Numbered from the stretch's first letter, positions 16,958 to 26,599 are shown. The stretch is DNA of 64,000 bases from Candidatus Aphodovivens excrementavium (GCA_018715935.1 DVKR01000017.1:4125-68124); one strand, 5' to 3'. Notes: generated from the letters alone by a model not told the origin. A program made the numbers and translations.

Positions 16958-17888
16958 GCTTTCTCCTCTGGCAAGCGTGGCGGCCACTCGCGAGGTGCTT
17001 GAGCGCCATGGGCTCACAACCAAGAAGTCGCTCGGCCAGAACTTCCTGATAAACGACGATATTTTGACGAAGATAGTTACGCTGGCGCAGCTTGACGAGC
17101 GTGATGCGGTGCTCGAGGTGGGCCCGGGTATTGGCACGCTCACCATCGCGTTGCTGAAAAACGCGCGGTGTGTGGTGTCGGTCGAGCGCGATACGGATCT
17201 GCCTGCCGTGCTTTCCGAAACGTGCGCGCCGTGGCGAGACTCGTTTCGCCTGATCAATAAAGATGCGCTTGAGCTCACCGAAGGCGAACTTGCCGAGGCG
17301 TTCGGCTCCTTGGGACATGACGGCCTCCCTTCCAAGTTCATCGCGAACCTTCCCTACGCGGTGGCAGCAACCATCGTGCTGGATTTCTTCGAGCGTTTCT
17401 CGTGGCTTGAGAGCGCCACGGTAATGGTTCAGAAGGAAGTTGCCGACCGCATGGCGGCCGTACCGGGCTCCAAGAATTACGGAGCATATACGGTTAAGCT
17501 GGGCATGCGTGCTCAGGCGTCGGGCAGGTTCCCGGTAAGCCCCGGCAATTTTTACCCTCCGCCGCATGTTGACAGCGCGGTCATCCGGCTCGATAGACGC
17601 ACGCCCGACGCGCTTGCCCAGATAACCGACAACTCCGCGAAGCGCGAGGCCTTGATATGCGCTACGTGCACAATGGCGGATGCGGCGTTTGCCACGCGTC
17701 GAAAAACGCTCTTGAATTCCTGCAAGACATTCTTTTGCGGACGCGGTTTTGAGGGCAAACGCATCGCCGAGCTGCTTCCTGCGTTGTTTGAACGGGCGGG
17801 CATTGACGCTAAGCGTCGAGGGGAGACGCTCAGCCAGGAGGAGTTCATTGCGCTGGGAACGGCGTATCTGCAGGTAAAACAGGCTTAA
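16950..17888 (+). CDS. rsmA: 16S rRNA (adenine1518/1519-N6)-dimethyltransferase
   Basis: KKSLGQNFLINDDILTKIV......VLEVGPGIGTLTIALL, ANLPY. GTG 16950 lies 5 nt after GGGAGGA and overlaps the upstream stop. The longer ORF from 16716 overlaps the upstream gene's tail. Confidence 0.9.
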   Translation: MDRLSPLASVAATREVLERHGLTTKKSLGQNFLINDDILTKIVTLAQLDERDAVLEVGPGIGTLTIALLKNARCVVSVERDTDLPAVLSETCAPWRDSFRLINKDALELTEGELAEAFGSLGHDGLPSKFIANLPYAVAATIVLDFFERFSWLESATVMVQKEVADRMAAVPGSKNYGAYTVKLGMRAQASGRFPVSPGNFYPPPHVDSAVIRLDRRTPDALAQITDNSAKREALICATCTMADAAFATRRKTLLNSCKTFFCGRGFEGKRIAELLPALFERAGIDAKRRGETLSQEEFIALGTAYLQVKQA

Positions 17889-18015
17889 CCTCTCAGCGGG
17901 AGGCGTTATATGAAGCGCCTCGGACAATCGCATGCAGATTCAATGGAGTATTGACTGACGTGATAAAATGTCGCCTTGTGATTTGTCTGTGCATTTGCAA
18001 GCGAGGTAAAGCAAC

Positions 18016-18363
18016 ATGGATTTAGCGAAGCAAGCGGGTATCGTAGACTCTATTCACGATACGTTGAATGATTTAGTGGGTCAGCGCCTGAAGGTTCGCG
18101 CCAATATGGGTCGCTCGAAGATCGTTGAGAGCGAAGGCGTGCTAGCTCAGGTGCATCCGCAGCTGTTCATCATGGAAGTCGACCGCAAGCGCGGCCGCAC
18201 CGCGCGTCAGTCGTATCAGTATGTTGATGTGCTGACGGGCATGGTTGAGCTGTCTCAAAACGGCGAGCCTTTGTTCGAGCCGTTCATCACCGATGCCGAA
18301 GATGCGGATGTCGATTACGGCGACGCCGAGGAAGAGCAGGAGGAAGAGAAGGTTCTTTCCTAG
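18016..18363 (+). CDS. veg: Veg family protein with an acidic C-terminal tail
   Basis: IHDTLNDLVGQRLKVRANMGRSKIVESEGVLAQVHPQLFIMEVDRKRGRTARQSYQYVDVLTGMVEL matches the Veg/DUF1021 pattern. Confidence 0.85.
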   Translation: MDLAKQAGIVDSIHDTLNDLVGQRLKVRANMGRSKIVESEGVLAQVHPQLFIMEVDRKRGRTARQSYQYVDVLTGMVELSQNGEPLFEPFITDAEDADVDYGDAEEEQEEEKVLS

Positions 18364-18395
18364 GCGCGAGAAAGGTCGTGCCCCTCTTTGCGCGC

Positions 18396-18749
18396 CTATT
18401 GACTGCGCGTCTCTATCGCCTGTATAGCACTGCGATAGTGCGCTTCGATGTCGGGCATGAGCGCTGTTGCTTCGTCCCACGAACCCGCACGAAAGAGCGC
18501 GAGCTGTTTGTTGGTAAGCTCGAACAGCGGCTTAAGCGACAAGTTGCCACTGGTTCCCTTGAGGGAGTGGACTGCCGCTATGGCGGCGTCGACGTCGTTG
18601 CGGCTCACGGCATCGCATAGTTGCTGGAAGTGGGTGTCGTTAAGGAACATTCCCAGCACGCGATCGAGCAGCGCCTCGTTTCCCATCACGCGTTCGAGCG
18701 CTTCGTCTACATCGAAGCCGGCTTGTTGGAGTGTGTCTCGGTTCAGCAT
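18396..18749 (-). CDS. Stand-alone Hpt (histidine phosphotransfer) domain protein
   Basis: 117 aa. ...DAAIAAVHSLKGTSGNLSLKPL contains the HxxKG phospho-accepting motif within a four-helix-bundle-sized protein. Confidence 0.75.
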   Translation of the reverse strand: MLNRDTLQQAGFDVDEALERVMGNEALLDRVLGMFLNDTHFQQLCDAVSRNDVDAAIAAVHSLKGTSGNLSLKPLFELTNKQLALFRAGSWDEATALMPDIEAHYRSAIQAIETRSQ

Positions 18750-18861
18750 GATGGTCTCCTGCCTGCAAAGTGAGCGTTGCCGTGAATGTGCTTAGTATAC
18801 GCGAGGGCATGCGTGAGGTCTTGCTCGAATGGGACGATCGTGCTCGTTTAGCAAGAAGGGT

Positions 18862-18890
18862 TTGACAAACGGCGAGAAGAGGTGCAGAAT
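18862..18890 (+). promoter_or_regulatory. Sigma-70-type promoter for tRNA-Ala (TTGACA-17-CAGAAT)
   Basis: ttgaca at 18862-67, a 17-nt spacer, cagaat at 18885-90, about 30 nt upstream of the tRNA. Confidence 0.6.
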
Positions 18891-18920
18891 ACTGCTCTGC
18901 GCTTTCGCGCACATAACCGT

Positions 18921-18996
18921 GGGGATGTAGCTCAGCTGGGAGAGCATCACGTTCGCAACGTGGGGGTCGTGGGTTCGAATCCCATCATCTCCACCA
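18921..18996 (+). tRNA. tRNA-Ala (anticodon CGC), CCA encoded
   Basis: Hand-folded cloverleaf: acceptor GGGGATG/CATCTCC with the G3:U70 alanine identity pair, D arm GCTC-AGCTGGGA-GAGC, anticodon loop TTCGCAA, T arm GTGGG-TTCGAAT-CCCAT, then ACCA. Confidence 0.95.
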
Positions 18997-19005
18997 TGGC
19001 AATCG

Positions 19006-19036
19006 AACAGGCTTGGCAACGCGCCAAGCCTGTTTT
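19006..19036 (+). terminator. Intrinsic terminator after tRNA-Ala (may also serve the convergent thioesterase gene)
   Basis: aacaggcttggc / gccaagcctgtt stem with a 5-nt loop, followed by ttttg. Confidence 0.7.
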
Positions 19037-19049
19037 GCGTTACGTCCCT

Positions 19050-19769
19050 CTACTGCAGCTCGACGACGCCGAAAACAGCGCCGTTGGCATCGCAAAGAAC
19101 AACAACGGTCCGCTCTGATTCAACTGACAGTTGAGGGCAAATCACGTCGCCTAGCACTGCCGATTTTCGATAGTCTACGCGCACGCAGCGCGGCAGCACC
19201 TCCTGCGGTAGCACGCCGAGCGCGATGCGGACGTATTGGCTGTTGTTCACATGTTCGTTAGTGTCGATGAGGTCTTGTCTTACCGTAATGGGCTCGCACG
19301 CGGAGCTCTTTTCGGGAAGCGCGACCTTGCGGCTTTCCGCCGGCATGTCAAGCGGCGCCGCAATGCCGTAAGCCGCAACGTGCTCCGCCGAGGGCCGCAC
19401 CGGCTTTCCTGCCGCTAAATCCACAAACCCCCAGGTTGAGTTTGCGCGCGCGATAATGTCTCCCGAAGCGTCCGCCATATAGAAGTTCCTGTTGGCAGAC
19501 ACGGTCTTAAAGCCGCTGGCGAAGGTGCCAACTGTGATCTCTTCGGCAAGCTGGGGGTATCGATGCACCACGATGTGCCAATGGGTAAGCACCCATGCCT
19601 TGTGCTCGGACTTCAGCCGCGCCGGCCCAAAGCCGATGCTTTCGGAATGAAAGATGCTGCAGTCTTGAAAGATATCGATGAGCGCCGGCAGCGACATGAG
19701 CCCGTCGTGCGTGGTCTCGCTGTAGCGCACGTGGGCACTGAACTCAAACGTCGCGGATGGTGTGTTCAT
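19050..19769 (-). CDS. Acyl-[acyl-carrier-protein] thioesterase
   Basis: HVRYSETTHDGLMSLPALIDIFQDCSIFHSESIG...KAWVLTHWHIVVHRYP...ITVGTFA......ANRNFYM.D..G shows the FatA/B-like double hotdog pattern. Confidence 0.85.
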   Translation of the reverse strand: MNTPSATFEFSAHVRYSETTHDGLMSLPALIDIFQDCSIFHSESIGFGPARLKSEHKAWVLTHWHIVVHRYPQLAEEITVGTFASGFKTVSANRNFYMADASGDIIARANSTWGFVDLAAGKPVRPSAEHVAAYGIAAPLDMPAESRKVALPEKSSACEPITVRQDLIDTNEHVNNSQYVRIALGVLPQEVLPRCVRVDYRKSAVLGDVICPQLSVESERTVVVLCDANGAVFGVVELQ

Positions 19770-19814
19770 CGATGCTCCTTGCGTTTTGGCTCTGCTGCAA
19801 GCTCATTTGTGGCG

Positions 19815-20843
19815 TTATCGCGAGTATGCGTTAAACGTTCGTCCGCCATCGGCGCCGTCGGGAAGGATGAAGTACCCGCTCGCACATTCTTCGCCGTTTT
19901 CGTAGAAGACAACGCGCTGCACTTCTTTCCCCACGCCTTCCCAATACGACGTATTGGGGTCTATTTCGCAGGTGATAGACGGATCGTCGGGAACGCCAAG
20001 CAGCTCGCGGGCGTTCGCCTCAAGGCGCGCAAGGCGTTCGGCTTCCGCTTCGGCCGCAGCCTGCGCCTCGGCTTCCGCTTTGGCGCGCGCTTCTTCCTCC
20101 GCCTTAAGACGCGCTTCCTCTTCGGCTTGCTTGCGTTCCTCTTCTTGCTGTACGGCCGTGTCGCGCGCAGCGGTGGCTGCTGCTTTGAACGTGTCGGCTT
20201 GGGCGGTGTCGAATCCTGCAGCGGTCAGGGCGTTATGGGCGGCATTGATTTGGTCGTCGGTAATGGTGAGCGGGTCGAGTTTGGTGAACGTAAGCGTATC
20301 CGAGACGGTGGCGGTTACGCTGTCGGCGTTGCCGCCTTCGGGCATTGCGACCGTTACGGAGACGGCGGCCTCGGGCACTTGGTACAGCGTTCCATCGGCA
20401 AGGATGGGGGAGCCCATTACGGTAAGCGTGTAGGTTCCCCGCATGAGCTCAAGGGGCTCGGTGCCGTCGGCCGCAATCAAGAAGTTGGATGAAACGGTAT
20501 TGTCCTCGAAATCGGTTCCCTCAACGTGCACGGGGATGGGGGAGGCGGTTGCCGGGTCGTACCCTTCGGCGCTGATCTGCACGTCAACGGCGTACGTGCG
20601 GTGGTTTTGCTGATCGATATTGTGCAGATAGGCGCCAACGATAATAGCGATGGCGGCAAGCACCGCTACCGTGACGATGACGATGGCAATAATCACGTTC
20701 TTTGAAGACTTCGCAGCAGCCCCCTGCGGCGCATTAGAGCTGCCGGTTGCTCCCTGCGGCATGTCGGAAAGCGCGGCCGGGGCGACGGCATTCGCACTCG
20801 TCTCGGAAGGTGCGGTATTCGCATCGTGCGTGGGATGCTCCAT
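19815..20843 (-). CDS. Membrane-anchored protein, paralog of 2042-3073, with an E/A/K coiled coil and a small Cys-containing C-terminal domain
   Basis: ATG at 20843 (MEHPTHDANT...), TM segment IIAIVIVTVAVLAAIAIIVGAYL, and the shared domain YDPATASPIPVHVEGTDFEDNTVS...ELMRGTYTLTVMGSPILADG. The upstream 68 codons of the listed ORF are not protein-like. Confidence 0.7.
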   Translation of the reverse strand: MEHPTHDANTAPSETSANAVAPAALSDMPQGATGSSNAPQGAAAKSSKNVIIAIVIVTVAVLAAIAIIVGAYLHNIDQQNHRTYAVDVQISAEGYDPATASPIPVHVEGTDFEDNTVSSNFLIAADGTEPLELMRGTYTLTVMGSPILADGTLYQVPEAAVSVTVAMPEGGNADSVTATVSDTLTFTKLDPLTITDDQINAAHNALTAAGFDTAQADTFKAAATAARDTAVQQEEERKQAEEEARLKAEEEARAKAEAEAQAAAEAEAERLARLEANARELLGVPDDPSITCEIDPNTSYWEGVGKEVQRVVFYENGEECASGYFILPDGADGGRTFNAYSR

Positions 20844-21118
20844 GCGGGCCTCTTCGGGGTCGGGGGTTGAAGCTCTTCGTGCGGCAGTACGCCATCGGGC
20901 ATTGCCGCTTCCAATCAAAGCAAGAACAATTGTATACCCGCAGAGTAGAAACTGCACGCTGCGAAGCGCTCTTTCCGCCGCGCTGAAGCGAGGCGGAAGC
21001 GGCGGTGCGAGAAACGGCGCTACGACGGTTCTCCTAAAAGGAAACACTGATGACGAGCGTGCAAGGACAGTGTGAGAAACGGAGCTACGACGGCTTTCGA
21101 AAAAATGGTGGGAGGAAG

Positions 21119-22003
21119 CTAGCTGCGAATAAGGGGCGTTCGTATCGCCTCAAGAAACAGCTTGGCGGCTGCTGAAAGCGTTTGGGCTCGCCTCCAGGCG
21201 ACATCGATAGGGGAGAGTACCGGTGGGTGCATTGGACGGAACTCCAACCCTGTTCCCTCGCCGGTTGCTACCAGCTTTTCTAAAACGAGCGCGCATCCAA
21301 CGTTCTCACGAACAAGCTGTGCCGCATTGAACACGAGATTGTAGGTTGCCGCCGTGCTGATGCAGTCCTTTAGCGCGCCAAACCACTGTGAGAGCTCGCC
21401 GGTCTCAAGCGCTTGTTCTGACAAAATGAGGGGGACGCCTTCTAGGTCGGCCGGCTCTATAGCCTCCTTTTGCGTGAGGGGATGCCTTGCCGGCATCAGC
21501 ACGCCCCAAGTGTCGCGGGCGCTTAGGCGCACGTGCTCGAAGCGATTGATGCCGGGAAAAGCAATGAGAACGGCACAATCGACAAGCCCGCGTTCCAGCC
21601 ACTCCATGACGTCAATGCTGTTGCCGCTGCGCAGATGGAAGCGTACGTGCGGGTAACGGCTGCGAAATGAGCGAATAGTTGCGGCAATGTGCTGCATACC
21701 CTCGCTCTCTCCTGCCCCGATATAGACGTCGCCCTCCAGAACTTCATCGCCGCGTGAAAGCTCGGAGGTGGTTTGGTCGGCAAGGGCAACAATCTCTTCC
21801 GCACGTCGGCGCAGGTAGAGCCCCTTTTCCGTGGGGGTGACGCTGCGACTGCCGCGGACAAGAAGCTCGCAGCCGAGCTCTCGTTCGAGATCTGCGATTT
21901 GGCGTGAGAGGGTAGGCTGCGTCACATGGAGAACCTGCGCAGCGCGCGACATGGTTCCTTCCCGGCATATAGCCAGGTAGTAGCGAAGAACGCGAATGTC
22001 CAC
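21119..22003 (-). CDS. LysR family transcriptional regulator
   Basis: GTG at 22003. The N-terminus reads (M)DIRVLRYYLAICREGTMSRAAQVLHVTQPTLSRQIADLERELGCELLVRGSRSVTPTEKG, followed by a LysR substrate-binding domain. The rest of the 558-aa ORF overlaps the divergent gene and is spurious. Confidence 0.9.
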   Translation of the reverse strand: MDIRVLRYYLAICREGTMSRAAQVLHVTQPTLSRQIADLERELGCELLVRGSRSVTPTEKGLYLRRRAEEIVALADQTTSELSRGDEVLEGDVYIGAGESEGMQHIAATIRSFRSRYPHVRFHLRSGNSIDVMEWLERGLVDCAVLIAFPGINRFEHVRLSARDTWGVLMPARHPLTQKEAIEPADLEGVPLILSEQALETGELSQWFGALKDCISTAATYNLVFNAAQLVRENVGCALVLEKLVATGEGTGLEFRPMHPPVLSPIDVAWRRAQTLSAAAKLFLEAIRTPLIRS

Positions 22004-22285
22004 CGGTTTCCTATCTATTCGAAATTTGAATAACAATCTATTAACTATAAGTAATTGTACTTGCTTGCCGATGCTAAGACAATGAAGACGACGGCAATCG
22101 CGCAGGGGCCGTTCGTGAACGAATGCCTGGGCGGCGTGCGTTTTTGTCAAGGTGGCGCTCCGCGCCCTCAACGTCGTCGGCCGCTTGCGTCGTTGCAGGT
22201 TTTTGCGACGCGCTGGCTGAACAGGAAGAGGGTCGGGAGATCTTTGCCGGTGCTTTTCAAGATGATTATGGTTTAGGAGGCGCGT

Positions 22286-22873
22286 GTGAAAAGGATCCTT
22301 CTGCTGTGCGCTTACGCATCGGTGCTTCTCGGGACATTGGCGGTGTTTGGCTGCGTGCCTTCCAATGAGCCTTCTGTACCTGACGGCCGGCAGCCCGAGT
22401 GGTCGCAAGCGGAAACGACGGACTCTTCGACGGAAAATGTCGAGCGGGAGACCCCTATCGGCTCCGAGTCGGAAACGGAGTCCTCTGAAGTTGCTCAGCA
22501 AGGAGAGGCTATGGCGGCTACCGAAATACAAGTAGAGGCGAACGGGCAGACGCTTGCGGCGACGCTTGAAAACAACTCGTCGGCGGAGGCTTTCGCCAGC
22601 CTCTTGGCGACAGGGCCTCTCACGGTGAGCATGCGGGATTATGCGGACATGGAGAAGGTGGGGTCTTTGCCGACGGCCCTTCCGCGCAGCGATGCGCAGA
22701 TCAGCGTGGGGCCGGGCGACGTCGTCCTCTATCAGGGCAATCAAATAACAGTGTATTACGGCACCAATTCGTGGAACTTTACCAAGCTTGCGCACATCGA
22801 AGGCGCGACCGCCGAGCAGATGCGCGCGATTTTGGGCGACGGCGATGCCGACGTGACGTTCTCGTTGGCGTAG
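22286..22873 (+). CDS. Lipoprotein with a cyclophilin-like fold domain
   Basis: AGGAGG precedes GTG 22286. Signal plus lipobox: MKRILLLCAYASVLLGTLAVFGC. The domain reads IQVEANGQTLAATLENNSSAEAFASLL..GPLTVSMRDYADMEKVGSLP...P......GPGDVVLYQGNQITVYYG. Confidence 0.7.
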   Translation: MKRILLLCAYASVLLGTLAVFGCVPSNEPSVPDGRQPEWSQAETTDSSTENVERETPIGSESETESSEVAQQGEAMAATEIQVEANGQTLAATLENNSSAEAFASLLATGPLTVSMRDYADMEKVGSLPTALPRSDAQISVGPGDVVLYQGNQITVYYGTNSWNFTKLAHIEGATAEQMRAILGDGDADVTFSLA

Positions 22874-22890
22874 GGGATGGGGACGACATC

Positions 22891-24048
22891 ATGGCGAAAG
22901 GAAACAGCAACCTTCTGATTTTTATCCTTGCGGTTGGCGTATTTGGCATCCTGAATACCGAGATGGGCGTAGTGGGCATTATCCCGCAGGTATCCGAGCG
23001 CTTCGGCGTGAGCGTGCCTGGCGCCGGGCTTCTGGTGAGCGGGTTCGCACTCATTGTGGCGATTGCCGGCCCCACGATGCCGCTCCTCTGCTCCAAGATG
23101 AACCGCAAGCACGTCATGCTGCTGTCGCTTGGCGTGTTTTCGATATGCAACGTAGTTGCGGTCTTCGCATCGAGCTTCGAGATGTTGCTTGCTTGCCGCG
23201 TTTTGCCGGCGGCGTTTCATCCTCTCTATGTGTCGATGGCGCTTGCCGTCGGCGGCCAGACGGGAGAAACCGACACTGAACGCGCGAAGAACTCATCTCG
23301 CGTATTCGTGGGCGTGTCGGCGGGGATGGTGCTCGGTGTTCCCATTGCGAGCTACCTTGCAAGTGCGGTGTTGTTGCAGGCGGCGCTCGGTTTCTTTGCA
23401 GTAGTTACCGTGGCGGTGCTGGTGGCAACGGTGTTTCTTGTGCCGTCCATGCCGGTTGAAGGGCGCATGACCTATGGCAGCCAGCTGGCCATTCTCAAAA
23501 AGCCCGTCGTGTGGGCGTCGCTTTTGGCTACCGTTTTCATCAACGGGGCGATGTTTGGCTTCTACAGCTTCATGTCGGATTTCTTTGGCGCGGTGTCGCA
23601 GATGAATGCGGAGTGGGTGAGCGTCTCGCTGCTGCTCTACGGGGGAGCTAACATAATCGGCAACGTTATCTCGGGGCATGCGTTGGGATCCAAACCCGCC
23701 TTGACGCTCGTTGTGATGCCGCTTTTTCTTGTCGTGCTGTACGCAGTGTTGCTTGCAGCGGGCATGATCGGCCCGGTGGCGGCGGCGCTCGCGTTTGCCT
23801 TGGGCGTTGTCGGAGGCGTGGCCAACAACGCCAATCAGTTCATGGTGTCGCGCGCGGCGCCCGAAGCGCCCGATTTCAGCAACGGGCTCTATCTCACTGC
23901 TGCCAATTTGGGCACCACGCTCGGCACGACGCTGTGCGGCGCCTTCATCACGGCGGCGGGCGCGCGCTTTGCGGTGCTTGGCGCGATTGTCTTTCTGCTT
24001 ATCGGCGTGCTTTGCGTGCTGTGGCGTCAGCGCTGCCAGCGGGGCTAG
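22891..24048 (+). CDS. MFS transporter (DHA1-like efflux type)
   Basis: ATG at 22891. About 12 hydrophobic segments. The N-terminus LLIFILAVGVFGILNTEMGVVGIIPQVSERFGVS is typical of YdhP/NepI-like MFS proteins. Confidence 0.8.
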   Translation: MAKGNSNLLIFILAVGVFGILNTEMGVVGIIPQVSERFGVSVPGAGLLVSGFALIVAIAGPTMPLLCSKMNRKHVMLLSLGVFSICNVVAVFASSFEMLLACRVLPAAFHPLYVSMALAVGGQTGETDTERAKNSSRVFVGVSAGMVLGVPIASYLASAVLLQAALGFFAVVTVAVLVATVFLVPSMPVEGRMTYGSQLAILKKPVVWASLLATVFINGAMFGFYSFMSDFFGAVSQMNAEWVSVSLLLYGGANIIGNVISGHALGSKPALTLVVMPLFLVVLYAVLLAAGMIGPVAAALAFALGVVGGVANNANQFMVSRAAPEAPDFSNGLYLTAANLGTTLGTTLCGAFITAAGARFAVLGAIVFLLIGVLCVLWRQRCQRG

Positions 24049-24183
24049 CTGTTACTGCCGGTGCGGCAGCCGCAGACCGCGAGGCGATGCACGAGATCGA
24101 CACCGCAATTTCGCTGGCAGCCGCCATGCCGCAGAGCCGCCGGAGGCCGCCATGCCGCAGAGCCGTCGGCGGCTCCGCTAACG

Positions 24184-25296
24184 CTACTCGGGCTGCTTGT
24201 TGAGGTAGCGCTTTACCTCGCAGGTGTTCTTGCCGGCATTTTTCGCTTCGTAGAGTGCTTCGTCTGCCTGTTGGAACAGCTCGGCGAAAACGACGTTCTG
24301 GCCGGTGGCGATGGTAACGCCCATGCTGAAGGTGACGGGCTCGTTAATGTGGTCGGAAGTCTTTTCGGCAACGCGCATCTGCAGTTCGTTGAAACGCCTG
24401 CGGATGATGTCCTCGTCTATCATGTGGTCGGCAAGCACCAGGTACTCGTCGCCTCCGAATCGAGCAATGAGATCGGTTGGTCGGTAGAGCTCCAGCAAAA
24501 TCTCTCCCATGCCGGTTAGCAGCTTATCTCCGATGCTATGGCCGTAGGTATCGTTCACTTCCTTAAAGTTGTCGATGTCGATAACAGCCAAAGAGCAGAA
24601 CGACGAGGGGTTGTGATCCTTGAAGTAGCGCTCGGCATGCTCAAAGAACGCACGCTTGTTGTAGAGGCTGGAGAGCGTGTCGCGCTTGCTCATGGCCTCA
24701 TAGCGCATTTTCGCCTCAGAGGCCTTCAGCCGCGACTCCATCACCAGCTGCGATACGCAAATCGCAAAGAACAATCCGACGATCAGCCCGAATATGTCGT
24801 ACTGGGCTACGATGCCGTTTTTAAGGGCGAGGATAAGCGCGACGCTGGAAAGCTCTGCAATAAACAGTAGTCCGTAGGTGATAAGGGAGGGCAGCACGAA
24901 AAGGGAGGGCATGGCAACGCACGCGAGCTGCACGAAGCTGCTAGGCGCATCGGGTCCGCCCAAGGTGGCAATCATGATGATGAAGGCGTAGAGCATGATC
25001 TCGTACGCGGTGCACAGCAGCATGGTGGAGGTGAAATCAGGCTCGCCTTTGCGTCTCCAGGCTAGGATGCACACGAAGAGCGAAACCGGCAAGAAAACAA
25101 GGTGGTAGGGCGAGGGCTGCCAGCCGTCGATCAGAAGAAACGCGAGCACCAAAAACGTGACAAGCAGCACTACGGTAAGAAGTGACGCATAGCGCAAGGT
25201 CGTCATGTTGGTTTGCGCGATCTCGCCTCGGTCGTTGGCGAGGTAAAGGCGCCTGCGTTTGAAATGAGAGTCTATCGAAGAGGTAAGCTTGCCCAA
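24184..25296 (-). CDS. Membrane-bound diguanylate cyclase (GGDEF domain)
   Basis: N-terminal multi-TM sensor region, then SLAVIDIDNFKEVNDTYGHSIGDKLL and RFGGDEYLVL. TTG at 25296 lies 8 nt after GGGAGG. The ORF track starts at GTG 25305. Confidence 0.85.
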   Translation of the reverse strand: MGKLTSSIDSHFKRRRLYLANDRGEIAQTNMTTLRYASLLTVVLLVTFLVLAFLLIDGWQPSPYHLVFLPVSLFVCILAWRRKGEPDFTSTMLLCTAYEIMLYAFIIMIATLGGPDAPSSFVQLACVAMPSLFVLPSLITYGLLFIAELSSVALILALKNGIVAQYDIFGLIVGLFFAICVSQLVMESRLKASEAKMRYEAMSKRDTLSSLYNKRAFFEHAERYFKDHNPSSFCSLAVIDIDNFKEVNDTYGHSIGDKLLTGMGEILLELYRPTDLIARFGGDEYLVLADHMIDEDIIRRRFNELQMRVAEKTSDHINEPVTFSMGVTIATGQNVVFAELFQQADEALYEAKNAGKNTCEVKRYLNKQPE

Positions 25297-25777
25297 TGTG
25301 GTCACCTCCCTTGAGCTTCCCGTGCTTTATCCGACGTGGAAGATACCTTGATTCTACCAAAGGCGCATGGAGACGCCTTCGATGGGACGTCTCTTACGGC
25401 CTCTTTGGCGCGTCGACGCTTCAAGCTGGGCATCCTTGTGCGATGGGTCTGTCTTCTAACAGTAGTATACCGACTGCAGCTTCTCTGTAGCGCGAGCCGT
25501 GTTCTTTCGTTGCCAAATCCATAAATGAACAATGAAGCGGGCTTGGCGTCGGGGCGGGCAAATTGCCGCGTGCTACAATGCAAAGCGCCGCATGCGGTGC
25601 GCAGTCACGTCGATTGCCGCTTCAAGCCCGGTACGCGCGGAGCGGCACGCGGGCAATGCGCAGCTTAGGCGTGGTTTGGTTCGTGTGCTGCAGACCGCGC
25701 AGAGCGCTATATGCAGCATAGAAACCGCATCGTGCGCCTACAAGACTCAGATTACGCAAAGGAAGGTTGAATCGTCC

Positions 25778-26599
25778 ATGAAGGCACTTATTCCTGCGGC
25801 AGGCTTAGGAACGCGTTTTTTGCCCGCAACGAAGGCTCAGCCAAAAGAAATGCTCCTTGTTGTCGATAGGCCTGTCATTCAGTACATCGTGGAAGAAGGG
25901 CTTGCCTCCGCCGCCGATGAGGTGGTGATAATCAACAGCCGCGAGAAGAAATCCATCGAAGAACATTTCAGCCCCAACCCCGAGCTGGTGGCAACGCTGC
26001 GCGAGCGCGGAAAAGACGCCTACGCCGACATTGTGGAGCAGGTGGGCAACTACAACGTAAGCTACGTGTATCAAGACGAGCCGCTGGGCCTGGGCCACGC
26101 CATCCGCTGCGCCCATGAAAATACGGGAGGCGAGCCGTTCTATGTCCTGTTGGGAGACGTGCTGGTCCCCGACAATAAGATGCTGCCGCGTATGCAGGAA
26201 GTGTCTGATGCCCACAACGGGGCAAGCGTCATCGCGGTTATGCCTGTCCCCGACGACCATGTGAGCCGTTTCGGCATCATTGCGGGTGCCGCCGAAACCG
26301 ATGACGTGTGGAAGGTCGATTCCCTCGTGGAAAAGCCTGCGCTTGCCGACGCGCCCTCCAATCTTGCCGTATTTGGCCGCTACCTGCTCTCTCCTCGCGT
26401 GATGGAGCTTCTCGCCGACGTCGAGCCGGGCGTGGGCGGAGAGATTCAGCTGACCGACGCGCTTGATGCCGTTCTGAACGAAGAGGAGATGTACGCATTG
26501 GTAATCGATCCCGCCGATGGCTTTGACACCGGCACGGTGGAAAGCTGGCTGGAAACGAACAACGTTTTGTTCCGTCGTGCCTCCGAGCAGAAAAAGTAA
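25778..26599 (+). CDS. galU: UTP--glucose-1-phosphate uridylyltransferase
   Basis: MKALIPAAGLGTRFLPATKAQPKEMLLVVDRPVIQYIVEE..., VYQDEPLGLGHAI, FGRYLL. AAGGAAGG precedes the ATG at 25778. Confidence 0.9.
   Translation: MKALIPAAGLGTRFLPATKAQPKEMLLVVDRPVIQYIVEEGLASAADEVVIINSREKKSIEEHFSPNPELVATLRERGKDAYADIVEQVGNYNVSYVYQDEPLGLGHAIRCAHENTGGEPFYVLLGDVLVPDNKMLPRMQEVSDAHNGASVIAVMPVPDDHVSRFGIIAGAAETDDVWKVDSLVEKPALADAPSNLAVFGRYLLSPRVMELLADVEPGVGGEIQLTDALDAVLNEEEMYALVIDPADGFDTGTVESWLETNNVLFRRASEQKK

Noticed and set aside
22004-22795. N-terminal ~260-aa extension of the 558-aa ORF that contains the LysR regulator.
   Set aside because: Only the last 294 codons (from GTG 22003) are LysR-like. The extension overlaps the divergent lipoprotein gene and is Arg-rich low complexity.
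24120-24165. Two 20-bp direct repeats (gccgccatgccgcagagccg, 26-bp period) between the MFS and GGDEF genes.
   Set aside because: They are most simply part of a convergent-gene terminator region (gagccgcc / ggcggctc stem). They are too short to interpret further.
25306-25777. Unusually long (~470 bp) divergent spacer between the GGDEF gene and galU, inspected for ncRNA or small ORFs.
   Set aside because: Only a TACAAT -10-like hexamer and unremarkable hairpins were seen. The listed ORFs (25302-25583 and 25336-25524) are not protein-like.
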